A stretch of 64,000 bases of DNA from Elusimicrobiota bacterium. GTDB lineage: Bacteria > Elusimicrobiota > Elusimicrobia > UBA1565 > UBA9628. Below are positions 29,150-38,918 of this stretch, one piece after another; positions within the stretch are counted from its first letter, which is position 1; every line of letters begins with the position of its first letter. The position numbers were made by a program, and so were the translations under genes. Under the pieces are notes generated by a model. It worked only from the letters and a program-made list of their open reading frames with translations. It made no database searches and had not been told where the DNA came from. The stretch is taken from NCBI GenBank assembly GCA_016207665.1, contig JACQPG010000050.1, forward strand, positions 5,519 through 69,518, in the 5' to 3' direction.

Positions 29150-29823
29150 TGACCGCCGGGCGCAAGACCCTGGAGATCGTGCCGTCCTTGCTGGCGGCCG
29201 ATCTCTCGCGGATGGGAGAGCTGGTCGCGCAGGTGAGATCGGCCGGGATGCGTTGGATATCGGTCGACGTGATGGACGGCCATTTCGTCCCCAATTTGAG
29301 CTTCGGCCCGGACCATGTGCGCATGGTCAAGGCTTTAGGCGTTCCCGTGGTCGACGCCCATCTGATGGTGGACAATCCCGGACGGGCCGTCCCCTGGTTC
29401 ATCGACGCGGGAGCCGACTTCGTGACCATACACGCGGAGTCTTGCGCCGACCCGGGACCCGTGCTGGCGGCCATCCGCAAGAGCGGAGCCAAGGCTGGCC
29501 TCGCCGTCAAGCCCGCCACGGCCGCCTCCGCCCTCACGCCGTGGCTGGCCTCGATCGACCTGGCTCTGATCATGACCGTCGAGCCCGGTTTCGGCGGAGC
29601 CAGGTTCCTTTCCGGCATGCTGCCCAAGATCAAGGCCGTCCGCCAGGCCATCGACGCCGGCGGCCATGATTGCTGGCTCCAGGTCGATGGGGGCATCAAT
29701 TCCGAGACCATCGTGGCGGCCGCGCAGGCCGGCGCGGACAGCTTGGTGGCGGGAAGCGCCGTTTTCGGCGCTTCCGACCCCGCCTCGGCCTTCAAGGGGC
29801 TGCGGGAAAAGATTTCAGTCTAG
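29149..29823 (+). CDS. rpe: Ribulose-phosphate 3-epimerase
   Basis: PSLLAAD, VDVMDGHFVPN, MTVEPGFGG, VDGGIN, VAGSAVF. Confidence 0.95.
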   Translation: MTAGRKTLEIVPSLLAADLSRMGELVAQVRSAGMRWISVDVMDGHFVPNLSFGPDHVRMVKALGVPVVDAHLMVDNPGRAVPWFIDAGADFVTIHAESCADPGPVLAAIRKSGAKAGLAVKPATAASALTPWLASIDLALIMTVEPGFGGARFLSGMLPKIKAVRQAIDAGGHDCWLQVDGGINSETIVAAAQAGADSLVAGSAVFGASDPASAFKGLREKISV

Positions 29824-29847
29824 ACGTCAGATATCAGGAGGTTGTTC

Positions 29848-30090
29848 ATGGCAGTCGTCATCAGGTTGCAGCGTACGGGCAAGCCCAAGCAGGCCTATTA
29901 TCGGGTCGTGGCCATCGAGAAATCGCGAGGCGCGGCCGGGAAGCCCTTGGAGGTGCTCGGTTCCTACAATCCGCGGGCCGATGTTCCGGCCAAGAAGGTC
30001 CAGCTCAATCGGGACCGCTTCGATCATTGGGTCAAGAACGGGGCTCTTCCGTCCGATACCGTCGCCCAGCTCGTCAAGAACGCGGGCTAG
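29848..30090 (+). CDS. rpsP: 30S ribosomal protein S16
   Basis: MAVVIRLQRTGKPKQAYYRVV...LGSYNP...GALPSDTV; SD AGGAGG. Confidence 0.96.
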   Translation: MAVVIRLQRTGKPKQAYYRVVAIEKSRGAAGKPLEVLGSYNPRADVPAKKVQLNRDRFDHWVKNGALPSDTVAQLVKNAG

Positions 30091-30095
30091 AGCTG

Positions 30096-30329
30096 ATGGC
30101 AGCGAAGGATTTGGTGCTCTTCGTAGTCAAGCGCCTAGCCGGCCAGCCGGACCGGGTCGAGCTCAAGGAGAGCGAGCAGGACGGCGTTCTCCAGCTCCAG
30201 CTCGTGGTTGCCGAGGAGGACAAGGGAAAGATCATCGGCAAGCAGGGAAAGGTGATCAAGGCCATACGGGCGATCGCGGCGGCGGCCGAGTCCAAGCCCG
30301 GCCGCAAAGTGTCGGTGGATATCGATTAA
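30096..30329 (+). CDS. khpA: KH-domain RNA-binding protein
   Basis: MAAKDLVLFVVKRL...DKGKIIGKQGKVIKAIR; located after rpsP. Confidence 0.9.
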   Translation: MAAKDLVLFVVKRLAGQPDRVELKESEQDGVLQLQLVVAEEDKGKIIGKQGKVIKAIRAIAAAAESKPGRKVSVDID

Positions 30330-30333
30330 GCGC

Positions 30334-31023
30334 ATGAGGATAGACTTCGTCACCCTATTCCCCTCGCTCTTTAGCGAGGCCGCCGGCACCGGATTGATGC
30401 GGCGGGCCGGCGAGAAGGGGCGCTTGCGCATCGGGGTGGTCAACCCTCGCGATTTCGCCTCGGACAGGCATAGGCGCGTCGACGACAGGCCTTATGGCGG
30501 CGGGGCCGGAATGGTGCTCATGGCCGAGCCTTTATACCAGGCCATCAAGAGCGTCGGCCGGCGCGGCAGCCATGTGATAGGCCTGTCGGCCGCGGGACGG
30601 CCTTTCGATTGCGAGACCGCCATGCGTCTGTCCCGAAAGAGACATTTGATCCTCGTCTGCGGCCGCTACGAGGGCATAGATCACCGGGTTTCGAGGCTCT
30701 TTGACGAGGAGATTTCCATAGGAGATTATGTGCTCAGCGGCGGCGAATTGGCCGCCCTGGTCGTGGCGGACGCGGTGACCCGGTTGGTGCCGGGCGTCAT
30801 CGAGAAGGAACAGTCCCGCCTTCAGGAATCGTTCCTGAGCGAAGGTTTGGACTATCCCCAGTATACGCGGCCCCCGGTTTGGCGGGGAAGACGGGTTCCA
30901 TCCGTGCTCCTCTCGGGCGATCATAAGCGCATCGCCGATTGGAGGCGACGGCAAAGCTTGATTTTGACGCAAAAACGGCGGCCCGATTTGTTGAGCGGCA
31001 AGCGAAAGCAGTTATCACATTAA
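30334..31023 (+). CDS. trmD: tRNA (guanine37-N1)-methyltransferase
   Basis: [38 protein letters not shown]. Confidence 0.97.
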   Translation: MRIDFVTLFPSLFSEAAGTGLMRRAGEKGRLRIGVVNPRDFASDRHRRVDDRPYGGGAGMVLMAEPLYQAIKSVGRRGSHVIGLSAAGRPFDCETAMRLSRKRHLILVCGRYEGIDHRVSRLFDEEISIGDYVLSGGELAALVVADAVTRLVPGVIEKEQSRLQESFLSEGLDYPQYTRPPVWRGRRVPSVLLSGDHKRIADWRRRQSLILTQKRRPDLLSGKRKQLSH

Positions 31024-31036
31024 CTTAGGAGTCAAT

Positions 31037-31519
31037 ATGGTGGCAGAACCGTTGGAGAAGAAGAAGGATGTGCCGGAATTTAGGCCCGGGGACACGGTCC
31101 GGGTCTTCATCAAGGTCGTGGAAGGCGAGAGCGAGCGCATTCAGGCCTTCGAGGGAACGGTGATCAGCCGCCGTGGAGCGGGCCTCTCGCAGACCTTTAC
31201 GGTCCGCAAGATCTCGTTCGGCGTGGGCGTGGAGAGGACTTTCCCCTTGTTCTCGCCGCATATCGACCGCATTGAGGTGGTCAAATCCGGCCGGGTGCGT
31301 CGCGCCCGCCTCTATTATCTTAGGGGTCTCTCCGGCAAGGCCGCCCGCCTGAGCGAGGAGGACGGCAAGAAGGCGGAATCGGCCGCGCCTTCCTCCTCCG
31401 CGACTCCTGCCGCGGACGCCAAGCCCGAGTCGCAATCCAATTCGACCCATACCGACAAGGCCGCCAAGAGCCGCCCCGCGGGAGCTACTCGAGCCTTGGG
31501 AGCCGCGTCCTCCTCCTGA
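31037..31519 (+). CDS. rplS: 50S ribosomal protein L19 with C-terminal low-complexity extension
   Basis: [35 protein letters not shown]. Confidence 0.96.
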   Translation: MVAEPLEKKKDVPEFRPGDTVRVFIKVVEGESERIQAFEGTVISRRGAGLSQTFTVRKISFGVGVERTFPLFSPHIDRIEVVKSGRVRRARLYYLRGLSGKAARLSEEDGKKAESAAPSSSATPAADAKPESQSNSTHTDKAAKSRPAGATRALGAASSS

Positions 31520-31525
31520 CGCACG

Positions 31526-32167
31526 GTGAATCCGGGCAGCGTCTTCGACGCCGGCGTGCGGTCTCGCGCCGGGGCCCTGGATCTGATCGGCGTGGACGAG
31601 GCCGGCCGCGGACCTCTGGCCGGACCGGTGGTCGTGGCCGCCGTTCTATTGGGCGACGGCCTGGCGGATGAGCTCTCGGGAGTGCGCGACTCGAAGCGGC
31701 TCTCCCATCGTCAGCGGGAGGCCCTTTACCTTCCCATCCGCCGCAGCGCGCGCGCCATCGCCATCGCCTGGTCCCACCCCCGTCAAATCGAGCGGTTGAA
31801 TATACTGCGGGCTACTCTTAGCGCCATGAGGCGCGCGGTCTTGAGGACTCTTAGGTTCTCAACGCGGGAGAGGCGCCCGTTCGTTCTGGTCGACGGCAAC
31901 CGCTGCATTCCGGACTTGCCGGCTCCCCAGATGGCGGTCATCGACGGCGACGATCGGTCCCTGGCGGTCGGCTGCGCCAGCATCATCGCCAAGGTGTTCC
32001 GCGACCGATGCATGGCGCGGCTCGACCGTCGCTATCCGGGCTACGGGCTGGCGCAGAACAAGGGCTATGGGACCGAGGAACATCTGCGCGCGCTCCAACG
32101 GCTTGGCCCCAGCCCCATACATCGCAGGACTTACGCTCCGGTCCAGGAGCTGCTGCTCCCCGTCTAG
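31526..32167 (+). CDS. rnhB: Ribonuclease HII
   Basis: GVDEAGRGPLAGPV, DSKRL, VDGN, ASIIAKV, NKGYGT. Confidence 0.96.
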   Translation: MNPGSVFDAGVRSRAGALDLIGVDEAGRGPLAGPVVVAAVLLGDGLADELSGVRDSKRLSHRQREALYLPIRRSARAIAIAWSHPRQIERLNILRATLSAMRRAVLRTLRFSTRERRPFVLVDGNRCIPDLPAPQMAVIDGDDRSLAVGCASIIAKVFRDRCMARLDRRYPGYGLAQNKGYGTEEHLRALQRLGPSPIHRRTYAPVQELLLPV

Positions 32168-32200
32168 GGAACTTTTCCGCGTCTCGATCGTATCCCATTC

Positions 32201-32557
32201 ATGCGGGATATCGGCCGGATTGCGGAGCATCGCGCCGCTCGATGGCTCGAGGACAAAGGCCATCTCATCCTGGCGCGCAATTGGCGCTCGGTTTTCGGCG
32301 AGATCGACATCATCATGAAGGACGGGGACTGCCTCGTCCTCGTCGAGGTGCGTTACCGGGCCCGCGCGGACTACGGTACTCCCGGTGAGACCGTAAACTG
32401 GTGGAAGCAGCGGCGCATCATCAAGACGGCCTTGATTTATATGCTGGACCTAGGCTGGGAAGGGCCCGTAAGGTTCGACGTGTTGGCGATGGGCCCCGAA
32501 GGGATCGAGCATATAAAGGATGCCTTTCAGCCTGGTCAGCGGCTGCCCTTCAGATAG
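32201..32557 (+). CDS. yraN: YraN family (UPF0102) putative endonuclease
   Basis: ARNWR..FGEIDII...VEVR...RFDV; follows rnhB. Confidence 0.9.
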   Translation: MRDIGRIAEHRAARWLEDKGHLILARNWRSVFGEIDIIMKDGDCLVLVEVRYRARADYGTPGETVNWWKQRRIIKTALIYMLDLGWEGPVRFDVLAMGPEGIEHIKDAFQPGQRLPFR

Positions 32558-34062
32558 CTTTGTAGCTCGTCCAGGCTCATTTCCGAGACGCTCTTGCGCC
32601 CGGATTTCTCGTTTTCCCCGGCCGTGGACTTGGGTTCGGACGCGGGTTTGGGCGCTGCCACGGCCTGAGGAGCGGGCATGGGCCTGGGCGGCGCGCTGGT
32701 GGGAATGGCCGCCGTCGGAGTCGGCTCCGGCGACTGGGCGGCCGAGGGAGCCGGCTTTGCCGGAGCGGCCGAGGGAGCCGGCTTTGCCGGAGCGGCCGAG
32801 GGCGGCGTCTTCTGCGGTGCCGCTATAGGAGCGGGCTCTTCCTGCGCTTCGGAGCTCGCCGTGCTAGGCTCGGCCTCCGCTTGTGACGGGGCTGGCTCGG
32901 CCGGCATGGCGCCCCGCGCTCTTTCCCGGCGCGTTCGCGGCGCCGGTCTATTCGACGCCGGCTTGGGCATCGGCCGCCCGGCTATCGGAGCCTTGGCCCA
33001 TAGTCGATAAGCCGGCGCTTCTATCGCCATTCCCTCGAGCGCTTCGGCCAGCCTCAGATTCTTGCCTCCCCAGCGCGAGGCCTTGAGCGCGTCGAGATCA
33101 TGCCAGGAATTGAAATCCAAGGGCTTGATCGTCTGTTCGCGCAAATCGACTTGGAACGAGCGATCCTCCTCCGGAGCTCCCCTCCAATATCTCGCCTTGA
33201 CCGAGACCCGATATATCTCGGTCGATCCGGAGACCGCGTCGGCTTCCCACGCCAGCCGGTGATTGGCCTTAAGGAAACGACGGCCCAGAACGGCCCATTT
33301 TTCCTTGTCCTTGAGAATCTCGCTTTCCCCATCCTTGATCTTGCGGCCCTGTTTATCCAAGGCTTGGCTGGCCGACACCGCGAGAGCGGCCAGGGCCCGC
33401 CGCTCGTAGTATTCCCCGAGCGACTTGGGCGCCGACCAGCGCGAGGGACTGAGCGCGTCGGCGGCATTGGACGGCATGCGCGGCCCGGGGCGAGGCAGCG
33501 GGAAGGCGCGCGCGGAATCGATGGAGCGCTGGCGGCCTTGCTCCAAGGCGAGCTCCTGAGGGCTGGGCTGAGCCGGGGTCTCGACGGGAGAGGCCGGCTC
33601 GCTCGAGGCCGCGAGGGGCCCGTCCTGCCGCGGCAGGTCTCGGCTGGGAGAGGGTCTGCGCGTGATGTAATAGCCCATTCCCACGCCGAAGAGCGCGATG
33701 AACACCGCGGCCCAGGTGGAGCTGGACCAACGCGGCAATCCGATGCTTCCGCGCGGAGTCACGGTCGAGGGTCCGGGTTTGACCGCCTTCTCCGGCTCGG
33801 GTTGAGCCGAATCGGCCGCCGGCTCGGCCTTGGCGGGAGACTGAGCCGCCTTGAGGGGTTTGGGCGAGGGGGCCGGCTCGTTCCTTTCGCTCTTGCTGCC
33901 TGGCGGCCTAATGAGATAGTACTGCGCCGGTTTCCATTGGTCGGGGCTTTCGGTCCCTTCGGGGCAAATCAGGGTCTCGGGCGTGAATCCCTGGAGCTTC
34001 TTGAGCTCCTCGGCCTCGTAGGGACCTTGGGGCTGCTGGCCGTCGAACATCCAGTATTTCAT
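32536..34062 (-). CDS. GYF_2 (DUF4339)-domain single-pass membrane protein with Pro/Ala-rich linkers
   Basis: N-terminus YWMFDGQQPQGPYEAEEL...PETLICPEG....QWKPA matches GYF_2 pattern; TM WAAVFIALFGVGMGYYI. Confidence 0.7.
   Translation of the reverse strand: MKYWMFDGQQPQGPYEAEELKKLQGFTPETLICPEGTESPDQWKPAQYYLIRPPGSKSERNEPAPSPKPLKAAQSPAKAEPAADSAQPEPEKAVKPGPSTVTPRGSIGLPRWSSSTWAAVFIALFGVGMGYYITRRPSPSRDLPRQDGPLAASSEPASPVETPAQPSPQELALEQGRQRSIDSARAFPLPRPGPRMPSNAADALSPSRWSAPKSLGEYYERRALAALAVSASQALDKQGRKIKDGESEILKDKEKWAVLGRRFLKANHRLAWEADAVSGSTEIYRVSVKARYWRGAPEEDRSFQVDLREQTIKPLDFNSWHDLDALKASRWGGKNLRLAEALEGMAIEAPAYRLWAKAPIAGRPMPKPASNRPAPRTRRERARGAMPAEPAPSQAEAEPSTASSEAQEEPAPIAAPQKTPPSAAPAKPAPSAAPAKPAPSAAQSPEPTPTAAIPTSAPPRPMPAPQAVAAPKPASEPKSTAGENEKSGRKSVSEMSLDELQSYLKGSR
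32738..32802. repeat. 27-bp tandem repeat (2.4 copies) encoding PSAAPAKPA
   Basis: GCGGCCGAGGGAGCCGGCTTTGCCGGA x2 plus partial third copy. Confidence 0.9.
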
Positions 34063-34934
34063 GGTTCCATTTTGATCGTGGGTCCCCGATCGGCGGACAC
34101 CACGGCCACCGTGATCTCTCCCCTTTCTCCGATGGGTTGTATCTCCAATTCGATCCGATTGGCATTGATCAGCAGGAAGCGCGAAAAATAGCGCTTGAGA
34201 AGGGCGGCCCGGGACTTAGCGAAACGGCTCTGAGGCTGCTCATCGTAGAGGATCATCTTGCAGGCCTTTTGACGCAGGTCCGTGCGCCGCAGCGCCCTGC
34301 CCATGGCCTCGAGAAACGGCTCCGCCTCCGAGCGCAGCGCCGGTTTGTCCGGTTCGAATAGCAAGGAATTGGCAGCCTCGAGATGGATGTCCCCTAAGTA
34401 CTGCTTCACCGCCAAGGATTTCAGGGCGATAGGCTCGCTGGCCACGACAAACGATCCTTCCGCGCGCTTGCCGGTGAAGCGAAAATGATAAGGCCGGCCC
34501 ACCCGGGCGGCCTGGCGTCCCTCCTGATCCGATCCGCTCCACTCTATCCGTTCCTTGAGCGGACCCTGGCCCTCCGTCTTCCAGAGCACCTGGCCCCCAT
34601 CGAGCACCTCGAACACCCAGCTCTCGTAAGGAGAGGCGATGGAACGCGGCGAAAGGCTGAGATAAGGCGGTTCCGGGAATGGCTGCTCCAGCCGGGAAAA
34701 CCGCGCTTGAACCTTGACCTCCGGGGTCTTGATCTCCACCGGCTTCTTGTAGATGTCGAGAGTGCGCACCACCTCGTCGATCACGGCGGGCGATACCTCG
34801 GGCTGGGGCAGCTGCACCGGAGGACCGCTCGAACCTCGCGACTTGATCGTGATCTTCTGCCGTATCTGCGAGGTTTCCGGCTCCGAGGCGGTCGAGGCCG
34901 CCAGAAGAACCGCCGAAAGCGCGATGATCATCAT
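34059..34934 (-). CDS. Exported protein with FlgD-like Ig domain and degenerate OmpA-like C-terminal domain
   Basis: Signal peptide MMIIALSAVLLAASTA; IEWSGSDQEG; LLFEPDKPALRSEAEPFL...SRAALLKRYF...INANRI. Confidence 0.6.
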   Translation of the reverse strand: MMIIALSAVLLAASTASEPETSQIRQKITIKSRGSSGPPVQLPQPEVSPAVIDEVVRTLDIYKKPVEIKTPEVKVQARFSRLEQPFPEPPYLSLSPRSIASPYESWVFEVLDGGQVLWKTEGQGPLKERIEWSGSDQEGRQAARVGRPYHFRFTGKRAEGSFVVASEPIALKSLAVKQYLGDIHLEAANSLLFEPDKPALRSEAEPFLEAMGRALRRTDLRQKACKMILYDEQPQSRFAKSRAALLKRYFSRFLLINANRIELEIQPIGERGEITVAVVSADRGPTIKMEP

Positions 34935-35359
34935 TTCTTGGCCGGTTCGGTGGCCATGGCTATCTCCCGCGCTCCCGCTCTTTTGGCCGCGGCCAACAGT
35001 CGCTGCACGATCTTGTATGGGACGCTTTCGTCGACTCTCAGCAGGACCACAACGGAAGGCGATTTGGAAAGCTCCACCTTCAAGGCGGGCTCGAGCCGGT
35101 CCCATCCGACGTCCACGGCGCGCAAGGCGATGCGCCCGTCCTTGGTATAGGTCACGACCAGGGACTGGTCCTCGACCGGAGGCAGCGAGGCCTTCGGCAG
35201 TATGACGGGATGGTTGGGATAGGACAGGAGAGGGGCGGTCACGAAGAGGATCACCAGCAGCACCAAAGAGATGTCTATGACCGGGATGATGTTCACCTCG
35301 GTCACCGGCTCGGCTTCAGCCTGGAGACGCCGTAGCTTGAGAAGCTGGTATTTCGCCAT
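34931..35359 (-). CDS. ExbD/TolR family protein
   Basis: EVNIIPVIDISLVLLVILFVTAP, LRVDESVPY. Confidence 0.9.
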   Translation of the reverse strand: MAKYQLLKLRRLQAEAEPVTEVNIIPVIDISLVLLVILFVTAPLLSYPNHPVILPKASLPPVEDQSLVVTYTKDGRIALRAVDVGWDRLEPALKVELSKSPSVVVLLRVDESVPYKIVQRLLAAAKRAGAREIAMATEPAKK

Positions 35360-35810
35360 CCTCGTCTTCCGCGATCGTCTGCACCAGCGCCACCGACTCG
35401 GCGCCGCAGGACTTGATGAGTTCCAGGGTCCGCACTACCATGCCATGGGCGATCTCCGGGCCGGGGGCCAAGAACACCTTCCGGTCCGTGCGCCGAGCCA
35501 GCTCTTGCCTCATGAAAATAGCGAAACGGTCGGTGTCGGAGAAGAATTGATTCCCCACCACCAGGCCCGTCGGTCCGAGAGCCACCACCAGCACCACTTC
35601 CGCGGGCTTCTGCGGCTCGGGGGGCGTAAGATCCTCGCTTTCCAGCCTCTCCTGTTTGGCCGCGGTCTTGACCTTGAGCATCGATTGAGTCATCATCGGA
35701 GAGAGCACCAGCAGGATGATCAGCAGCACCAGAGACACATCAGCCAGGGGCACGACGTTCACTTCGCTGATCTCCCGCGCTTCCTCCGCCTGATGAAAGG
35801 GAGAGCTCAT
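35316..35810 (-). CDS. ExbD/TolR family protein
   Basis: Start MSSPF coupled to exbB stop; EVNVVPLADVSLVLLIILLVLSP. Confidence 0.88.
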   Translation of the reverse strand: MSSPFHQAEEAREISEVNVVPLADVSLVLLIILLVLSPMMTQSMLKVKTAAKQERLESEDLTPPEPQKPAEVVLVVALGPTGLVVGNQFFSDTDRFAIFMRQELARRTDRKVFLAPGPEIAHGMVVRTLELIKSCGAESVALVQTIAEDEDGEIPASQATASPG

Positions 35811-36469
35811 GGTCCTAGCCGGGGACCGGGGCGCATCGGAGCTTGGATCGGAGGAGAGGCCTGGGGAAGCAGTTCGGCGAGCTCGAAGACCCAAAGATCG
35901 GCTTGGCTGAGCCTTTGCCGGGCCGCTAGGGTGAAATAGTTGTAGAACACCGCGCTCATCACGGCGACTCCTATGCCGGCCGCGGTGGCGACCAAGGCCT
36001 CGGAGATGCCGGCCGCCACGACCACCGGTCCGCCTGCTCCGGCGATAGCCAGGTCGTGAAAGGCGCGCATGATTCCCAGCACCGTCCCCATCAAGCCGAT
36101 CAATGGCGCGATGAAGCTGGCCGTGCCGAAGAAGCCGAGCCGCCGATTGAGCTCCATGTGCATGCGCTGGCGGTAAAGCTGAAAAGCCTCGACCAGCCGC
36201 TCCGTGTTTGGGTCCTTGAGATTGAGCAGCCTCTCGAGGGCTTCTCCCATGATTCCGGACTGGACTTGGCATATCCCTAGGGCGCCTTCGTGGTCTCCTT
36301 TATCCAATTTGGCCTTGACCTTTTCCCAAAAACCGCCGGGCAAGGGGCAAGCCACCCAAAACACGTAGAAACGCTCGATCGCCTGGGCTACGATAAGGAT
36401 AGACAGCACCAGGAGAATCGGCATGGTGATGCTGACTTTCAGCATCTGTCCGAAACTCATCTGTTCCAT
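35807..36469 (-). CDS. MotA/TolQ/ExbB proton-channel protein
   Basis: APLIGLMGTVLGIMRAF, GISEALVATAAG. Confidence 0.93.
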   Translation of the reverse strand: MEQMSFGQMLKVSITMPILLVLSILIVAQAIERFYVFWVACPLPGGFWEKVKAKLDKGDHEGALGICQVQSGIMGEALERLLNLKDPNTERLVEAFQLYRQRMHMELNRRLGFFGTASFIAPLIGLMGTVLGIMRAFHDLAIAGAGGPVVVAAGISEALVATAAGIGVAVMSAVFYNYFTLAARQRLSQADLWVFELAELLPQASPPIQAPMRPGPRLGP

Positions 36470-36529
36470 ACGTTTGGAGTATAGGCCAGAATGGATTTGG
36501 CCGCAAGGGCGAATATATTAAGGAACAGG

Positions 36530-38917
36530 TTAAAGAGCGGCGCCGGAGGAACTTCGTGCGGACGAGTGAAGTAGCGCGTCTAGACGGCGGCGCGCCGCCT
36601 CGAAATCCACATGGCCCTTGGACGCGACCCGCAATATCTCATGGTAAAGAGGCATGGCCTTGCGCCTGTCCTGGCGCAACTCATAGAGAAGTCCGAGCCG
36701 GAGAAGGCCATGGACCCTGAGGGGATGGCGGGCGGGCTTGGCCGCGCGAAGGGTCTCGTAGGCCTTGATGGCCAAGGCCGGCTGCTTGAGCTTTTCGCGG
36801 ATCTTGGCCGTGTTGTACACGGCTTGTATATGGTTGGGATCCGAGCTTGAGACCTTGGCATAGGACTCGGCCGCGGGAGCCAAATGCCCCAAGGACTCCC
36901 TGAGTTGGCCCATCTGAAAATGGATCCAGGACGATTTCGCGTGTTTGGGAAAGCGCTTGATCAGATCCTCATAGGCGGCCAGGGCGCGGCCCTTGTTCTC
37001 CGTCTTTCCCGAGGCGACGGCTCGGTTGAAGAGGGCATCCGCGGCCGAGCCATCCTTGGCCGAGCCTCCCAAGGCGAAGGCGGAGGCGGCTTCTTCGTAG
37101 CGGCGGAGCTCGTAGAGCAGGTGGCCGAGGCGCAGCGCCGCCTGTGGCAGCAGCTTATGGGATCGGTGCTCGGAGAGGAATCGACGGAATGTCTTGATGG
37201 CTTGCTCAGTGTCGTCCGTTTTCAGCTGCGACTCGGCCAGAAAGAACACGCTTTCAGCGACATGGGCCGATTTGGGGAAGTCCGAAGCGTAGGTGGCGAA
37301 GAGTTTTTGGGCTCTTTGGAAATCCCCGCTCTGGAAAGCCTTGACCCCGAGCTCCCAGCGGATATGGGAGACGATCGGATGCCTGATGTATTGGTTGGCC
37401 GCCTTGATCAAGCCTGGGTTATCGCGATCGCCCATCCAGTAAGAGGTGAGCAGAAGCTCCTCGACCTCATAGGCGCGGGAGTCGCCCGGGTATTTCTCCA
37501 GGAATCTCGAATACAGCGGGATCGCCTCCTTGAAGCGCTTCCCGTTGTAATGAACCTGCGCCATGAGAAGCAGGGATTCCTTGGAATCGGAATCACCTCC
37601 CCCCTCCCCCAGGTTGCGGTAATGGGTGATCGCCTGTTGCGAGCGGCCTAGACGGGCATAGAGTTGGCCCAGCTGGAGATGGGCGTCGCGGGTGAAGACC
37701 GAATCGGGGCTGCGGCTGAGTATTTGCGAAAAGGCGTCTATGGCCTCCTGACTGCGATCGAGCCTCTTAAGAGCCAGTCCCTGCTGGTACAAGGCCATGC
37801 CCAATTGGGGATGTTCCGGGTGCCTCTTAGCGAAGCGCGCATAGGCCGCGGCCGCTTCCCGAAGCTTGGCGGTCTTGTAAAGGATGTGAGCCTCGGAGAT
37901 GCGAGCGGAGGCTCCGAGATGGATCAGGCCCCAGCGCTCCGCCGAGGCTTGGGCCCGGCGCAGCTCGGCCAAGGCTTGATCCGGGCGGCCGGATCGATCG
38001 AACTGGGCCGCGCTCGCGCCCAAGGCATAGGCGGTCAGCGGAGAATCGAGTTTGGAATCGATCACGGCCCTATAGCGGCGGAGGGCTTGGCTCAGCTTTC
38101 CCTCCCGCTCTTCGGCCGCGGCCTGCCAGACCTGGGCGAGAGTGGACCATCGGTCGGTCTTGGAGCCGGAAAGCGCGTTGACGGCCGACCACACGCCGAG
38201 ATTATCGCCTTGGGCCAGCGCGGAGGCGGCCAGCAGGTAAAGGGCTTTGTTCTTGAGCGCTCCTTCGGCAGCGCCGTCGGCCACGGCTTGTAGTATGCGC
38301 GCGGCCCGCGCGGGATCCTTGAGACGCAGATAAAGAGCGCCCGCCAGCAGTTTTAATTCAGAGGCGGATCTGTGGTTCGGATGCATCTCCAGGAATTGCC
38401 GGCAGGCCTCGAGCGCGTCGGCCGGAGAGTTTTGGCGCAGGGCGTCCTGGATCCTCGCCAGGGCGGACTCCGGCCGCCGGCCCACCACCACCGGGATTTC
38501 GGGCTCGGGGTCGGAGTAAGGAAGCTGATACTCTTCGGGGAAGGTCTGCATCAACTGACGGGCCCGGTCGGACCATTCGGAGTCCGGATAGCGTCCCACG
38601 AGAATGTCGATGTGGTGGCGAGCGCCGGTAAAGTCCCCTTTCCGCGCCGCCAGTTGGGCCATGCGGTAGAGGTCCAGCTCCATGAGATGATCGCGAGGCG
38701 CGGTCATTTTGGTGCTCCAATTCAATGAGCTCCTATAGTTGGCCTGGGCTCCCGCGTAATCGCCCAGTTGATAGGCGGTCTCGGCCAGGAAGGCCGTGGC
38801 TTCCATGTTGAGCTGATGCCAGTTCTCCAGGGGAGCCGGAGCGCCCTCTTCCTGGGCCTCGGCGTAGGCGCTTGCCGAGGTCATGGCCAAGATCAGGGCG
38901 GTCAGCATCCGTTTCAT
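36530..38917 (-). CDS. Large exported tetratricopeptide-repeat protein (CpoB/BamD-type TPRs)
   Basis: Signal peptide; many A..Y..F...YP.S.....A.F..A repeats over 795 aa. Confidence 0.85.
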   Translation of the reverse strand: MKRMLTALILAMTSASAYAEAQEEGAPAPLENWHQLNMEATAFLAETAYQLGDYAGAQANYRSSLNWSTKMTAPRDHLMELDLYRMAQLAARKGDFTGARHHIDILVGRYPDSEWSDRARQLMQTFPEEYQLPYSDPEPEIPVVVGRRPESALARIQDALRQNSPADALEACRQFLEMHPNHRSASELKLLAGALYLRLKDPARAARILQAVADGAAEGALKNKALYLLAASALAQGDNLGVWSAVNALSGSKTDRWSTLAQVWQAAAEEREGKLSQALRRYRAVIDSKLDSPLTAYALGASAAQFDRSGRPDQALAELRRAQASAERWGLIHLGASARISEAHILYKTAKLREAAAAYARFAKRHPEHPQLGMALYQQGLALKRLDRSQEAIDAFSQILSRSPDSVFTRDAHLQLGQLYARLGRSQQAITHYRNLGEGGGDSDSKESLLLMAQVHYNGKRFKEAIPLYSRFLEKYPGDSRAYEVEELLLTSYWMGDRDNPGLIKAANQYIRHPIVSHIRWELGVKAFQSGDFQRAQKLFATYASDFPKSAHVAESVFFLAESQLKTDDTEQAIKTFRRFLSEHRSHKLLPQAALRLGHLLYELRRYEEAASAFALGGSAKDGSAADALFNRAVASGKTENKGRALAAYEDLIKRFPKHAKSSWIHFQMGQLRESLGHLAPAAESYAKVSSSDPNHIQAVYNTAKIREKLKQPALAIKAYETLRAAKPARHPLRVHGLLRLGLLYELRQDRRKAMPLYHEILRVASKGHVDFEAARRRLDALLHSSARSSSGAAL

Positions 38918-38918
38918 A

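Noticed and set aside
32738..32802. Tandem repeat as possible CRISPR or contingency locus
   Set aside because: No spacers; an in-frame 27-bp duplication in a Pro/Ala linker; no cas genes in the window.
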